The notes: a model not told the origin generated them from the sequence alone. 64,000 nt of DNA from an uncultured Acidobacteriota bacterium (GCA_963796275.1 CAWCKY010000002.1:96001-160000); one strand, 5' to 3'. Counted from the stretch's first letter, positions 11,085 through 21,308 are shown. Made by a program: numbers and translations.

Positions 11085-11099
11085 GCAACAGCCGTCCCA
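11085..11099 (-). promoter_or_regulatory. Candidate sigma-54 (-24/-12) promoter of the Gmk-like gene
   Basis: Minus strand TGGGACGGCTGTTGC(T) fits GG-N10-GC, 43 bp upstream of the ATG; GTCCGGAAA direct repeats at 11128 and 11152. Confidence 0.55.
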
Positions 11100-11299
11100 C
11101 TTTCGGCGTCTGGTTTGGAAACTTCTCGTCCGGAAAACAGCAAAGCCTCATGTCCGGAAATGCTCACCAGGAAAAATAGTTCCGCTCTTTACCTCGCAGC
11201 CGGGTGATCGAAATCGCGCTTTTACCCTTGTGGTACTTCCTCGGTCTGGGGCTCGAGATCGCAGTGATGTTCTGAACGGTAGAACCTCGTTGAACCACG

Positions 11300-12274
11300 T
11301 TACTCGGCTCGTTCGAATAAACCGCTATTCGCTTCAAGGAACTCCCTCATGGCAGCAGCAATTTCCACCACGTGTGTCTCCGTCGCAAAATGACCGGTGT
11401 CCAAAAGCTGGACTGATGCGTTCGGTAAGTCCTTCCGAAAGGCATCCGCCCCGGCAGGGATGAAAAACGGATCATTCTTACCCCAGATTGCCAGCAGAGG
11501 CGGCTGAGCTTTGCGAAAGTATTCCTGAAACTTCGGATATAGCCTCAGGTTCGATGCATAGTCCAGAAGCAGATCGAGCTGAATCTCCTTGTTCCCGGGC
11601 CTCTCCATCAACGCCGCATCCAACGTATAGGATTCTGGTGCAACCCCGTCCGGAATTGCCACGCCGTGCGTGTACTGCCACCGCGTTCCCTCCAACGTTA
11701 GAATATTGCGCCCGATTACTTCGCGGTTTTCCAGTGTCGGCGTAGCCCAATACCTTCGAATAGAATCCCAAGCATCACCAAGCCCTTCCTCATACGCATT
11801 CCCGTTCTGTGAAATGATTGCGAGAACTCGTTCGGGGTGAGCCATCGCCAAACGGAATCCAGTGGGCGCGCCGTAATCGAAAACGTAGAGCGCGTACTGT
11901 TGCAAACCGAGTGTATCCGCGAACGCCTCGATCGATTGCGCCAGCGAATCGAACGAATACCGGTATTTCCGTTCCTTCGGAACATGAGTAAAGCCGAAAC
12001 CAGGCAAGTCTGGCGCAATCAGTCGATACCGATCGGCCAGGCGTGGGATCAACTCACGGAACATGAACGAAGATGTTGGGAACCCATGGAGCAAGAGAAT
12101 CACGGGCGCGTCCGGATCTCCGGCAGCGCGGTAGAAGATCCGGACGCCATCGGCCTCAACCGTCCCGAAGGAGGTGACTGGGATCGCCAACTGAGTCTCG
12201 GCAGGATGGGGAGCGACTCTCGATTTCCCCGACCCAGGCGCAGAGCGAATTGACTCGGAAATATTTTGTCTCAT
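11300..12274 (-). CDS. Alpha/beta hydrolase (epoxide hydrolase/haloalkane dehalogenase-like)
   Basis: LLHGFP, PDLPGFG, FDYG (Asp nucleophile), WGKND, GHF; start uncertain. Confidence 0.9.
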   Translation of the reverse strand: MRQNISESIRSAPGSGKSRVAPHPAETQLAIPVTSFGTVEADGVRIFYRAAGDPDAPVILLLHGFPTSSFMFRELIPRLADRYRLIAPDLPGFGFTHVPKERKYRYSFDSLAQSIEAFADTLGLQQYALYVFDYGAPTGFRLAMAHPERVLAIISQNGNAYEEGLGDAWDSIRRYWATPTLENREVIGRNILTLEGTRWQYTHGVAIPDGVAPESYTLDAALMERPGNKEIQLDLLLDYASNLRLYPKFQEYFRKAQPPLLAIWGKNDPFFIPAGADAFRKDLPNASVQLLDTGHFATETHVVEIAAAMREFLEANSGLFERAE

Positions 12275-12404
12275 GAGGTTCTTCTCCCTCCAAACTCCTG
12301 ATTTCTGACAGCGCGATTTGCCGATGGGCTCACTGGCAATGGAGCAGCGGTTGCCCCTCAGCTTGAATACAAATGGTTCTTTTGCCGCCAACGACGATCG
12401 CTAA

Positions 12405-12468
12405 ATCAGCAGAGGCGGCCCAACCACCCGGCATAAATGGGATAATCGTGATGGTCGCTATAAATAGC
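12405..12468 (-). pseudogene. Short remnant of a DUF417/YkgB (RclC-like) membrane protein
   Basis: FIATITIIPFMPGGWAASA matches my recollection of a conserved DUF417 segment; no start or end. Confidence 0.5.
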
Positions 12469-12478
12469 TCACTTAATG

Positions 12479-12541
12479 ATACTAACAGGGGCAGCTCGAG
12501 GCATCTTTCTGAAATTTGCTGTGTGTTGCTATTTCTTGCGA
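12479..12541 (-). promoter_or_regulatory. Shared operator-promoter copy 1 (before the DUF417 remnant and hydrolase)
   Basis: tcGCAAGAaatAGcaacacacaGCAAATttcagaAAGAT, 18-bp gap, TAGTAT. Confidence 0.8.
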
Positions 12542-12550
12542 GTTTCCTGG

Positions 12551-13156
12551 CTATGAAATCACCATAGCCTGTCTCGCATCGCGCTCCTTGACTTGCGCGT
12601 GCTCGCGTAAACAGTGCGTCTCGCAGTGCCAAAGCAGACTCGGCCAACGCCGAAGCCGCTTCACGAGCCCCTCAACACCCGCCTTGGTTGCGATATACGG
12701 GAAATATGTGGGGATTGACTTGGCGATGACGCTGCTCGAGAAAGCGATGATGCGGCCGCCTTCTGGGAGATGCGTCGCCGCCTGCCCCAGCACCAAAAAG
12801 GTTCCGCGCAAGTTGGTTGCAACCACTTTGTCGAATCTTTCTAGTTCCCCTCCAGAGATCGGAAGCAGCGGCATGATGCCGGCACAGTTGACAACTACGT
12901 TCAGCCCGTCGAAGGCATCGATGGTCTCCTTGACGAGCCGCTCCACGTCTGCGGCGTTTGCCACATCCCCCCTCACCTCGATCGCCTGTCCGCCCGCCGC
13001 CTTGATTGCGGCCATAACTTCCAGTGCCTTCGCGGAGTTGCCGGCGTAGCTCACTGTGACAGCAAAGCCGTCACGCCCCAGCCTTTCCGCCACCGCACGG
13101 CCAATCCCGCCTGAAGCGCCGGTAACGATAGCGCTCTTGATCGATGCGTTTTTCAT
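12551..13156 (-). pseudogene. SDR oxidoreductase, C-terminally truncated
   Basis: TGASGGIG, VNCAG, YIATK present; homology ends after GVEGLV and the expected VNAVAPG region is absent. Confidence 0.8.
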
Positions 13157-13363
13157 ATGTAGCTCCCTCGTTTTCGGATTCACAACCTTTTAACCCCTGA
13201 AGGGGCGCAAAAATAAAAGCCACAGGTGGAGCGAAACGCAACCCCTGACAAGTAGCATCTCGTGTCGCAATCATGTGCATCCCCTTTCGGTGTTGCGCGT
13301 GAAATAATGGGCTACCAACAGGAATATTCCTGCTATCACCTACAGTTTGGAACGATTCCGTTA

Positions 13364-13870
13364 TCACGAATGCATAATCCCCTTCTGCTTTCTGATTACG
13401 CCATCTATCGCCAATGGTCCGGAGCCACCCAAGACAAGGGCCGCGAGGCAGGCGAGATAGAGGAGGTTACATTCATAGCCTGGAGGTCCGAACTGCGCCC
13501 CGGCTGCAGTCACGGCTATCAACTTGATCGAACTGAACCCGTAGGGTAGATGCACGGTAAACATCGCCACCAGTAGAACCGCAGCCATTGGTAAGCTGAC
13601 AAGCGGCACGAAAGCGCCTAGAATTACGGCTAATCCACCAAATAGCTCGACCAGTATGGTGGTCCACGCCATGAAATGTGGTCCAGGCACGCCCATCGCT
13701 TGCAGGATGGTGGCGAAAGCGTCTGGGCCCTTGGATAGTTTGGAGAAACCGTGCTCCATGAAACCATAGCCAACTATCAGACGCAGCGGAATGGGAGCCC
13801 AGCGTGCGAGGGGAAGCCGACTTAGCAACTCCATTGAAAAAACAGGCAGCTTATTTTCACGAATACCCAT
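13364..13870 (-). CDS. DoxX family membrane protein
   Basis: PLRLIVG...HGFSKL, ELFGG, VH, GYE, GSGPLAID; start at 13870 or 13834. Confidence 0.88.
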   Translation of the reverse strand: MGIRENKLPVFSMELLSRLPLARWAPIPLRLIVGYGFMEHGFSKLSKGPDAFATILQAMGVPGPHFMAWTTILVELFGGLAVILGAFVPLVSLPMAAVLLVAMFTVHLPYGFSSIKLIAVTAAGAQFGPPGYECNLLYLACLAALVLGGSGPLAIDGVIRKQKGIMHS

Positions 13871-13874
13871 ACCT

Positions 13875-14324
13875 CTATTTTTCCAGTGAAGCGACTTCAG
13901 CCAGGCGACGCAGGTGACGCTCGGCCTGGCTGAACTCAGCCGCCAGGAACGCCTCGACAAGGTCCCAGGCGAGGAATGGCCCCAGAGTCCGAGCGCCCAG
14001 ACAAATTATGTTCATGTGATCATCCTCCACCCCTTGCCGGGCGGAGAAGTGATCGCTGATCAGACCGGCGCGAATACCCGGAATTTTATTGGCGCAGACG
14101 GTCGCGCCCACACCGCTGCCGCAAACGGCCACTCCGCGCTCGAGCTCACCTGCCGCCACCGACCGGGCCAGTGGGATAACAAAATCAGGGTAATCGTCAC
14201 CTGAATTTAGACTATGTGCACCGAAGTCGAAGACTTCATGACCCGCCGCGCGAAGACGCGCAAGCATATCTTCCTTCAGCCAGTATCCACCGTGATCGGT
14301 GGCGATTCCGAGATGCATATTCAC
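13875..14324 (-). CDS. rpiB: Ribose-5-phosphate isomerase B (RpiB/LacA/LacB family)
   Basis: TDHGG, DYPD, CGSGVG, ANKIPGIRA, RHLRRL. Confidence 0.92.
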   Translation of the reverse strand: MNMHLGIATDHGGYWLKEDMLARLRAAGHEVFDFGAHSLNSGDDYPDFVIPLARSVAAGELERGVAVCGSGVGATVCANKIPGIRAGLISDHFSARQGVEDDHMNIICLGARTLGPFLAWDLVEAFLAAEFSQAERHLRRLAEVASLEK

Positions 14325-14407
14325 TCCTTCGTTGGATTGCTCCAGCCTCCCATCGGCGTCACTCGCTCGACCTCAGCCGGTCCCCAAGTATTCGTTTCCA
14401 GCGCCAT
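14321..14407 (-). pseudogene. C-terminal remnant of glucose-6-phosphate dehydrogenase
   Basis: NTWGPAEVERVTPMGGWSNP resembles the G6PD tail (WGP...W.NP); its stop overlaps the rpiB GTG. Confidence 0.6.
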
Positions 14408-14468
14408 GAAATGATCTCCAGCCACCGATATCTCCTGCAAGTAACATCGTCAAACGGTTGTGCCGATT

Positions 14469-15894
14469 TCAAGCTGACCTTTGTGTGCTTTTCGCGGGGA
14501 CGCTGGCCAACAGCCCGACCAGACCTTCAGACAACGTGGGATGGGTGAAGAGCGCATCACGCAACATGGTATAGGTCATACGCCCGATCATCGCGGTCTG
14601 AACAGCAGCCATCGGTTCGCTAGCCTCGAAGCAAAATGCTGTGACCCCTAGAATTTCGTCGCTGTTCGCGCCGATGAGCATCTTCAAGAACCCACGCGGT
14701 TCAGAGACCGTCACGTTACGGAGAACATCAGCCGCCTGCATTTTAGCCACGCGGTACGCGATACCATCGCGCCGCGCCTCGGATTCGTTGCTCCCCACTC
14801 GCGCCAATTCCGGATCGGTGAAGAGGCAAAACGGCACCAAACGATTCTTAGTCGTGCGATTGCCACCGTTGAGATTGCCATACACCACACGGAAATCATC
14901 AAAAGCTACATGAGTAAACTGGGGGCTGCCGGCGCAATCACCCATTGCCCAGATGTTTGCAGCGGTTGTCTCCAGCCGATCGTTGACCTTGATATAACCG
15001 CGCCCGTCGAGTTCGACTCCAGTCAGCTCAAGTCCGATGCCGTCGGTGTTCGCTATCCGGCCTGTAGCGACAAGGACGTCAGTCCCTTCGAGAATTCGCT
15101 CGCCATCCTGGTCCTTAGCATGGATGCGAACCTTCTTGCCGGAACGCCCTTCAACCCGGGCGGCATGCGTTTCGAGTAAAACATCGATCCCTTCGTCTCG
15201 AAACAACTCAAGAAGCGCGGCGCCGACATCGGAATCTTCATGTCTTGCGAGCTGCGGGCCGGCTTCTAATAACGTCACCTGCGAGCCGAATCGCCGAATC
15301 GCCGAATCGCCGAATCGCCTGCGTTAGTTCGAGGCCGACATAGCCGCCGCCGAGAACGATGAGATGCTCCGGAAGCCGGTCGAGGTCGAGAGCTTCGATG
15401 TGTGTCATCGGTTGGGCCGCAGCAAGACCCGGAATGTTGGGCATGGGCGAGCGCGAACCTAGAGCGAGAAAAACGCGATCGGCGAGAACGGTTCTCGCAC
15501 CACCTTCGTTGAGCGAGATTTCGACGGTTCGCGGAGCGATGAACCGGGCATTGCCCATGATCAGTTCCACGCCGCTGGCTACTCCAAGGTCAACGTGTAC
15601 CTGATGCTGCTCTTCGACCATGAGCCGCTTGCGACGCTGAACGCCCGCCATGTTGATGGAAAGCGAACCAAGTTCGAGGCCAAATTCCGCGCCGCGCCGC
15701 GCCAGTGAAGCCACTCTCGCGGAGTAGATCAGGTTTTTGCTTGGCAGGCATGCGACGTTGGGGCATGATCCTCCTAAATTTTTCCTTTCGACCATCGCGA
15801 TCTGATGACCCGCCTTGGCCATCGTCCAGGCAAGAAACTTACCCGCTTCTCCGCTCCCGATAACGAGATTCTCATATCTTTCGATGTCCGGCAT
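14469..15894 (-). pseudogene. MerA/RclA/Lpd-like pyridine nucleotide-disulfide oxidoreductase split by a frameshift
   Basis: GGSCPNVACLPSK disulfide motif and GGGYVG in 15238-15894; ATGR, GD and HPT in 14469-15278; the break lies in the 8-bp repeat. Confidence 0.88.
15285..15319. repeat. (GCCGAATC)x4 intragenic tandem repeat
   Basis: Four exact 8-mers at 15285-15316 plus GCC. Confidence 0.95.
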
Positions 15895-15926
15895 TTGTCA
15901 TTCTCCTTTTATTAATCGAAGAAATG

Positions 15927-15989
15927 AGCTTACGAAGATGGCTCGGATGTGTCTTACTATTTTTTGCCGGAACCGGCTGTTTCTTGCGA
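15927..15989 (-). promoter_or_regulatory. Shared operator-promoter copy 2 (disulfide reductase-rpiB-doxX operon)
   Basis: tcGCAAGAaacAGccggttccgGCAAAAaatagtAAGAC, 18-bp gap, TAAGCT. Confidence 0.8.
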
Positions 15990-16094
15990 TCTCTTTTTGA
16001 GAGCAATCAATCCCAACGGTAATGGCAGGTAGAAATGCGGAAGCAATTCGTGAGCTTCTGTGAAGGATCAAGTCCACCTCAGAAATCGTATCTT

Positions 16095-17858
16095 TCACAA
16101 ATCGATGACGACGTCTCGTATCGGTTGTGAGCAGCAAACGAGAAGATTGCCGTCGGCGGGCTTTTCGAGTGGCTCCGGGCTGTACACGATCGGCCCAGAA
16201 ACCAGACCGCTCTCACAGCTGTGACAAACACCGGTCCGGCACGACCAACGGACCGGGACGTCGCACGCCTCGGCCAGCTCCAAAATGCTCTGGTAGGCCG
16301 ATGAGTTCCAGTGTGCGGCTATGCCACTGCGAGCGAAAGATATCAGCGGACCGGTGTTGGCATCGTCCTCGGGCAGATGCGGAGCTCGCGTCACCGCGCC
16401 GACGACGCCAGGGGTCATCGACTCGCTACCATTGAAGATTTCGACGTGAATCCGCTCCGGCGCCGCGCCTAAGCTTGCGAGAGCCTCTTTCATTTCTGCC
16501 ATGAAGCGAGTAGGCCCGCAGAGGTAGACATCCGCTTCCCGTGGGACGACGACCTTGTCGAAGACCGATCGCGACAGGCGTCCGGTAGCGTCGAAATCCT
16601 CACCCATCTTGTCGCGCGAGCCCGGTCTGCTGTAACAAACATAACTTCGGCTGTGCATGAGCGAGGGAAGGAGGCGGTGGACTTCTGCGGCGAATGGATG
16701 ATGCTCCCGATCGCGAGCCCCGTGCAGCCACCAGACCTGCCGGGTCGAGCGGGCCGCCGCCAGAGCGTGCAGCATCGCCAGTACAGGTGTCGCACCGATT
16801 CCGGCGCTGAGCAGCACCACCGGTCGTTCTCCAGGCTGCAGAATGAAGCTGCCGCGCGGCGAGCTGAAGTCGAGAGCATCGCCCACTCGGACATGCTCCT
16901 GCAGGTAGGTTCCCGCCACCCCATTCGGCTCGATCTTCACGCTGATTCGATAACGCTCCGTCGAAAGTGGACCGGAGAGCGAGTAACTGCGAAAAAGTGG
17001 AGGACCGCCGGCGGTCGGCTGAAGACGCAAGACCACGTACTGGCCTGGCAGAGCCGTTCGCAGCGGCTGACCGTCCGGGCTCTGCATCGTCAGCGAGAGG
17101 ACGTCCGCCGCCTCATGATTGATCGCCGTCACCTTGAGCGGCCGAAACCCAGGTGCAACCGGATGCGCAGCAGCTGCCGGCGCGAGCCCCGCGTTACCAC
17201 TCCCTGCGCCAGTCGTTTGGCTCTGAAGTAACGCCTCAAACGACGAGCGCCAGCCGGGCGAAAGCGCTTCGATACGCAATGCGCGCTCCAGTCGATCGCG
17301 CGCATGATCGGGCGAATAGAGGAGCGCGTTGATCTCTGCGACGGTCATTTGCTCCTTCGCCTCTCCCATCTTCACGATTTCATCGCCGGCGCCCACTGCG
17401 CCTTCTTGCAGGACGCGGAAGTAAAACCCAGGCCGGCCGCTCGATGTCAGCAATGCCGGCATTCGGGGCTCGTTCATCCGAATGCCGACGCGATAACAGG
17501 TAACGCGAGGTTGAGTGACCTCGAACAGCGCGTTGCCGATCTGATAACGGTCGCCGATACACACAACATCGTCGGGCAACCCTTCGATCGTGAAATTCTC
17601 CCCGAACTGTCCGTAGACGAAGTCGGTCCTCTTCAACTGCTCCTGCCAATGGCGATACGATTCGATCTGGTAGACGAAGACGGCGCGCTGCTCTCCCCCG
17701 TGCCCGGCCAGGTCGCCTTGGCCGTCTCCCTCGATATTCAAACGGCCGACCCGACAGCGGCCAGACACCGGATACTTCCAGATTCCGGTGTGCACAGTGC
17801 GACCCTTCCACGCGATGTCGCGCGGTAGTCCGACGTTTACTGATAGTAGTCGAGCCAT
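16095..17858 (-). CDS. MOSC + FAD/NAD-binding reductase + 2Fe-2S fusion protein
   Basis: FGENFT, QPRVTC (MOSC); RSYSLS, SAGIGATP, YLCGP (FNR); CRTGVCHSC...C (ferredoxin). Confidence 0.92.
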   Translation of the reverse strand: MARLLSVNVGLPRDIAWKGRTVHTGIWKYPVSGRCRVGRLNIEGDGQGDLAGHGGEQRAVFVYQIESYRHWQEQLKRTDFVYGQFGENFTIEGLPDDVVCIGDRYQIGNALFEVTQPRVTCYRVGIRMNEPRMPALLTSSGRPGFYFRVLQEGAVGAGDEIVKMGEAKEQMTVAEINALLYSPDHARDRLERALRIEALSPGWRSSFEALLQSQTTGAGSGNAGLAPAAAAHPVAPGFRPLKVTAINHEAADVLSLTMQSPDGQPLRTALPGQYVVLRLQPTAGGPPLFRSYSLSGPLSTERYRISVKIEPNGVAGTYLQEHVRVGDALDFSSPRGSFILQPGERPVVLLSAGIGATPVLAMLHALAAARSTRQVWWLHGARDREHHPFAAEVHRLLPSLMHSRSYVCYSRPGSRDKMGEDFDATGRLSRSVFDKVVVPREADVYLCGPTRFMAEMKEALASLGAAPERIHVEIFNGSESMTPGVVGAVTRAPHLPEDDANTGPLISFARSGIAAHWNSSAYQSILELAEACDVPVRWSCRTGVCHSCESGLVSGPIVYSPEPLEKPADGNLLVCCSQPIRDVVIDL

Positions 17859-17869
17859 GTCACACCGCT

Positions 17870-18773
17870 TTAGTGGAGATCAGAAGCCCTACCAGCTTGG
17901 ATATCCTTATTTGCAGGCGGGAGCGCCTCGGCTACGGTGAGGTCGCGATCTGGGCCGTGCGAAATCACCGTCTGACCCGGCTCTAGACGAAGTTGGGTGC
18001 CATCGAGCTGTACCGTGACCATGTCCGGCTCAAACGACACCAGGTCGGAGATCCGGCCGACGCTCGGGATACGCCTCACGATACGACCATGCCGCCCGAT
18101 GTGCGTCACCGATGTCGTAGTAGCTGCACAGCCCTTTGTACGGACAGAAGGTCTGGAATTCCACGGGGGTCAGTTCGGACTCATCGATGTCGGCGCGTAC
18201 AACATACCAGCGCGGCGCGAAGCCGGACTCGTAGAGTACTACCGGCCGCCTGGTATCGGCGATAATGCGGTCACGATGGCGGACCACCAGGCTACGGGAG
18301 GACTGGCGAATGTCGATGCGGTGGTAGCTGTCGGCGGCATGACCCAGGATCCGTTCGTCTTCTTCGTAGAAGGCGTCCATTGCCGGCCAGGCGAACGCGA
18401 CCCGTGATTGCAGCTCACTCGCGTAGGCGGGTAGTTCAATGTGCTGCCACGCTCCTCGAGGCGCGCTCTGCTCGCCCATCCGGACGATGTACCAGGACGT
18501 GAGCCCGAGGTCGAGGTGCCGGGTAGTGTGATCGGTGTGTACTAGTGTGTCGGGAGAGACGTCGGCCTCCGGGAAGTAGGCCACCGGATAGCGGCCGGGT
18601 TCGAAGAGTAAGATCACATCCTCGCTATCGGCGATCCATGTTCCGCCGAAGCGCACGCGCATGCGCCGACGCAGCGGCTCGACATACAACAGTCTCTTGG
18701 GTAGCGGTTCGGGCACGAGGAACCGGCCGATTGCTCCCGATGAGAGCGGACCTTGTTGCCATGACAGTCCCAT
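17870..18773 (-). pseudogene. Tandem DUF427 protein with a +1 frameshift near 18062
   Basis: Two DUF427-like domains (IADS, YFP, FCPYKG, AAWSY); the C-terminus VGRISDLVSFEP continues in another frame. Confidence 0.8.
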
Positions 18774-18838
18774 TGCTCTTTCCTCCTATTGGGTTAACCA
18801 GCCGCGATCGCAAGCAAGGCTCCTCCGTTCTACACTCG

Positions 18839-20029
18839 TCATAATTCCTCTTGCTTCTCTTTGATAACCGCCCCAAAACCCTGAGCGGTCAGCAGCACTT
18901 GATTAGGCCGCCGCCGATTTATACCGATTGAGACTGGGGATATGACCGCCTGCGAAGTGATTGACTTCCTGAAACCCAATTCGCAGAACCTCTTATCGAA
19001 ATCGACTCGGATAATATCTCCCGAGTCGAGCTGCCCGGTCGCGATCAAATTCGACAGCGGGATGACCAGATGGCGCTCGATCGCCCGCTTCAGTGGACGG
19101 GCGCCATAGCGCCGGTCATAGCCCTCAACAAGCAGGAAATCTTTCGCTTGGTCGCTGCAACTGAGTATGAAAGGGATATACCCTGCTTCTAGAATTCGGC
19201 ACTGAACTCGTTCGATCTCAAGCTCCAGAATTCGTCGCAGCGCCTCTTCAGTCAGCGACCGGAAGACCACTACCTTATCCAGACGGTTCATAAATTCAGG
19301 AGAAAACTTGCGCCGAGCCGCCTCTACTCCGATCTTCTCCAATTTCGCATCAAGCTCCTCAGAAGGGACGGCTCTCGATGCGAAGCCCAACTTCCCTTCA
19401 GTAACTTCACTCATCTCGCGCGCCCCGAGATTAGAGGTCAGGATCACGATGCAGTCGGAGAAGTCGACACGACGGTTGTCGCCCAGAGTGAGCGTCGCCT
19501 TATCCAAGATAGCGAGCAGCAATTGCCAAAGCGTTTCAGAGGCTTTCTCGATCTCATCGAAGAGCAAAAACGTCAGATTCGTCTGCGGCGTGTGGAAGCG
19601 ATCGAGGTTCTCCTGCGTCAACAGCGGCGCGGTCTCGCGGTGGCCCAGATAGCCCGGAGGCGATCCGACCAGCTTGGCTATCTCGTGCGAATGCTGGAAT
19701 TCGGCGCAATCAATCTTGACGATGGCGTGCGGATCACCGAACAGGACTTCGGCAGCCGCCTCGACAGCGTGTGTCTTGCCGGAACCAGTGGGGCCCAAGA
19801 AAAGCATCGTCCCGAGTGGTTTGCCGGGCAGCGCCATCTTGGCCAGATATATCTGGTATAACTGCGAGAGCGCCAGGACCGCGTCATCTTGTGCGACGAC
19901 TCGCTTAAAGAGTTCTTCTTCGAACCAGCTTGCCTTCTCGCACCTTCGCTTAGCATCCAGCGAGAGCCAACCCGACGGCTGAGTCGCTGTAGCGGCGGCT
20001 GGCCCGATTATCGATTTCTGGGATACCAT
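18839..20029 (-). CDS. Stand-alone ClpA/ClpB D2-like AAA+ ATPase
   Basis: GPTGSGKT, LVGSPPGYLG, FDEIEKA, TSNLG, PEFMNRLD, YGARPLKR; no D1 or N-domain; GGAGG before ATG 20029. Confidence 0.88.
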   Translation of the reverse strand: MVSQKSIIGPAAATATQPSGWLSLDAKRRCEKASWFEEELFKRVVAQDDAVLALSQLYQIYLAKMALPGKPLGTMLFLGPTGSGKTHAVEAAAEVLFGDPHAIVKIDCAEFQHSHEIAKLVGSPPGYLGHRETAPLLTQENLDRFHTPQTNLTFLLFDEIEKASETLWQLLLAILDKATLTLGDNRRVDFSDCIVILTSNLGAREMSEVTEGKLGFASRAVPSEELDAKLEKIGVEAARRKFSPEFMNRLDKVVVFRSLTEEALRRILELEIERVQCRILEAGYIPFILSCSDQAKDFLLVEGYDRRYGARPLKRAIERHLVIPLSNLIATGQLDSGDIIRVDFDKRFCELGFRKSITSQAVISPVSIGINRRRPNQVLLTAQGFGAVIKEKQEEL

Positions 20030-20048
20030 TTGTTCCTCCACAGAAAAT

Positions 20049-20108
20049 AGTTTTCAGTTGAGCGATTTCGATCGGAGGCTGAAAACCGAAAACTGAAAAC
20101 TGAAAACT
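20049..20108. repeat. Palindromic heptamer element (TTTTCAG...(CTGAAAA)n), copy 1
   Basis: AGTTTTCAG...CTGAAAACCGAAAACTGAAAACTGAAAACT. Confidence 0.8.
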
Positions 20109-20111
20109 CTA

Positions 20112-21119
20112 TTACATTCCCCTTCTGAAAATGCTCGGTGTGACGCCGGCCAATCTACGGAAAGAGGTTGTAAAATGGCTCTGGCTGGAGAAACCCGCCC
20201 TGAGAGCGATCTCCGAGATCGGAAGTTCTGTCTCCGCCAAGAGCCTCTTGGCCCGTTCTATCCGCTGCCGGGTGATGTAATTTATGGGGCTCAACCCTAT
20301 CGATTGTTTAAAAGATCTTGAAAAGTGGTAGTAGCTCATCCCGACCTCTTCTGCTATCACCGCCAGAGAGACCTCCTGCTCCTGCTCGAGATGATCGCTG
20401 ATGCGTTCGACAGCTCGACGCAGTTTGTGTGGCGCCATTCCACCCCTTGTGATCCGGACATCTTTCAAACAGCTGTAGCGCCTGACGAGTTGTATAGCGA
20501 TCACAGACGCCACTGAATCCGCATACAGTCTTCCGACAACGTTCTCTTCTTTCAGCTCATATAGAAGAGACATGGCAAGATAACTGAGCTGTTCATCTAT
20601 TACGCCGAGTTGCGGTTCGATCGCGATCTGCTTGTGATTGAGATCACACGCCTCAGCGGTCTTCTGGACAAACCCAGGGTGAAGATAGATGTTTAAAGTC
20701 TCCTGGGACCTGCCGCTGTGCCTACGCCAATGCGAAAGCACACCAGCCGGAATAATCGCTATCTCTCCGGGGCTCAGGCGCCGCTCAAATTCGTACCCGT
20801 CTATGCTCACGCTGGCAGTGGGCTGTGGCCCGTGCGGCCCCAGCGACAGAATCATGGAGTGACTCTCGAGAGGAGGTATCTCCATCTCGCGGTTGGTATG
20901 TCGCATGTGCAAAACCCGAATATTCTGCCAGCCGAGATACTCACTCGATGTAATGACCGCCTCAGGATGAATCTGTGACAGGTCACTCAGTGACCTCCCT
21001 AAGCGATCGCCTGTTCTATCAGCGAACATTTTTACCTTGCTACGGTGCGGTGGTCCCTCCCAAAATTGCCCAGCAAAAAGTGAGCAGTTATCGCCATAGA
21101 CTGTTTTTGTTTGGAACAT
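20112..21119 (-). CDS. AraC family transcriptional regulator
   Basis: Cupin-like N-terminal domain; double HTH (MSYYHFSRSFKQ...AGFSSQSHFTTSFRR); AAGGAAGG RBS. Confidence 0.95.
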   Translation of the reverse strand: MFQTKTVYGDNCSLFAGQFWEGPPHRSKVKMFADRTGDRLGRSLSDLSQIHPEAVITSSEYLGWQNIRVLHMRHTNREMEIPPLESHSMILSLGPHGPQPTASVSIDGYEFERRLSPGEIAIIPAGVLSHWRRHSGRSQETLNIYLHPGFVQKTAEACDLNHKQIAIEPQLGVIDEQLSYLAMSLLYELKEENVVGRLYADSVASVIAIQLVRRYSCLKDVRITRGGMAPHKLRRAVERISDHLEQEQEVSLAVIAEEVGMSYYHFSRSFKQSIGLSPINYITRQRIERAKRLLAETELPISEIALRAGFSSQSHFTTSFRRLAGVTPSIFRRGM

Positions 21120-21293
21120 GTATCCCTTCCTTCCAACTGTCTCGTCGACGACGGGCGTCGAATATTTATGAGTGAGCGTCTATATTTGTGAGTTGCAAAA
21201 TCGGTCGGCATCGCGTCACAACCACTCCAGTAAAGCATCAAGTTCGATTGGCTTTTTAAAGCGCGCCGCCCTTACGCTCGCATCTCGAGTAAG

Positions 21294-21308
21294 GCAACGG
21301 ACGTACCA
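21294..21308 (-). promoter_or_regulatory. Candidate sigma-54 promoter of the AraC gene
   Basis: Minus strand TGGTACGTCCGTTGC matches TGGYAC-N5-TTGC. Confidence 0.7.

Noticed and set aside
14469-15894. Mercury resistance (merA)
   Set aside because: No C-terminal Cys-Cys pair, no NmerA domain and no mer genes nearby
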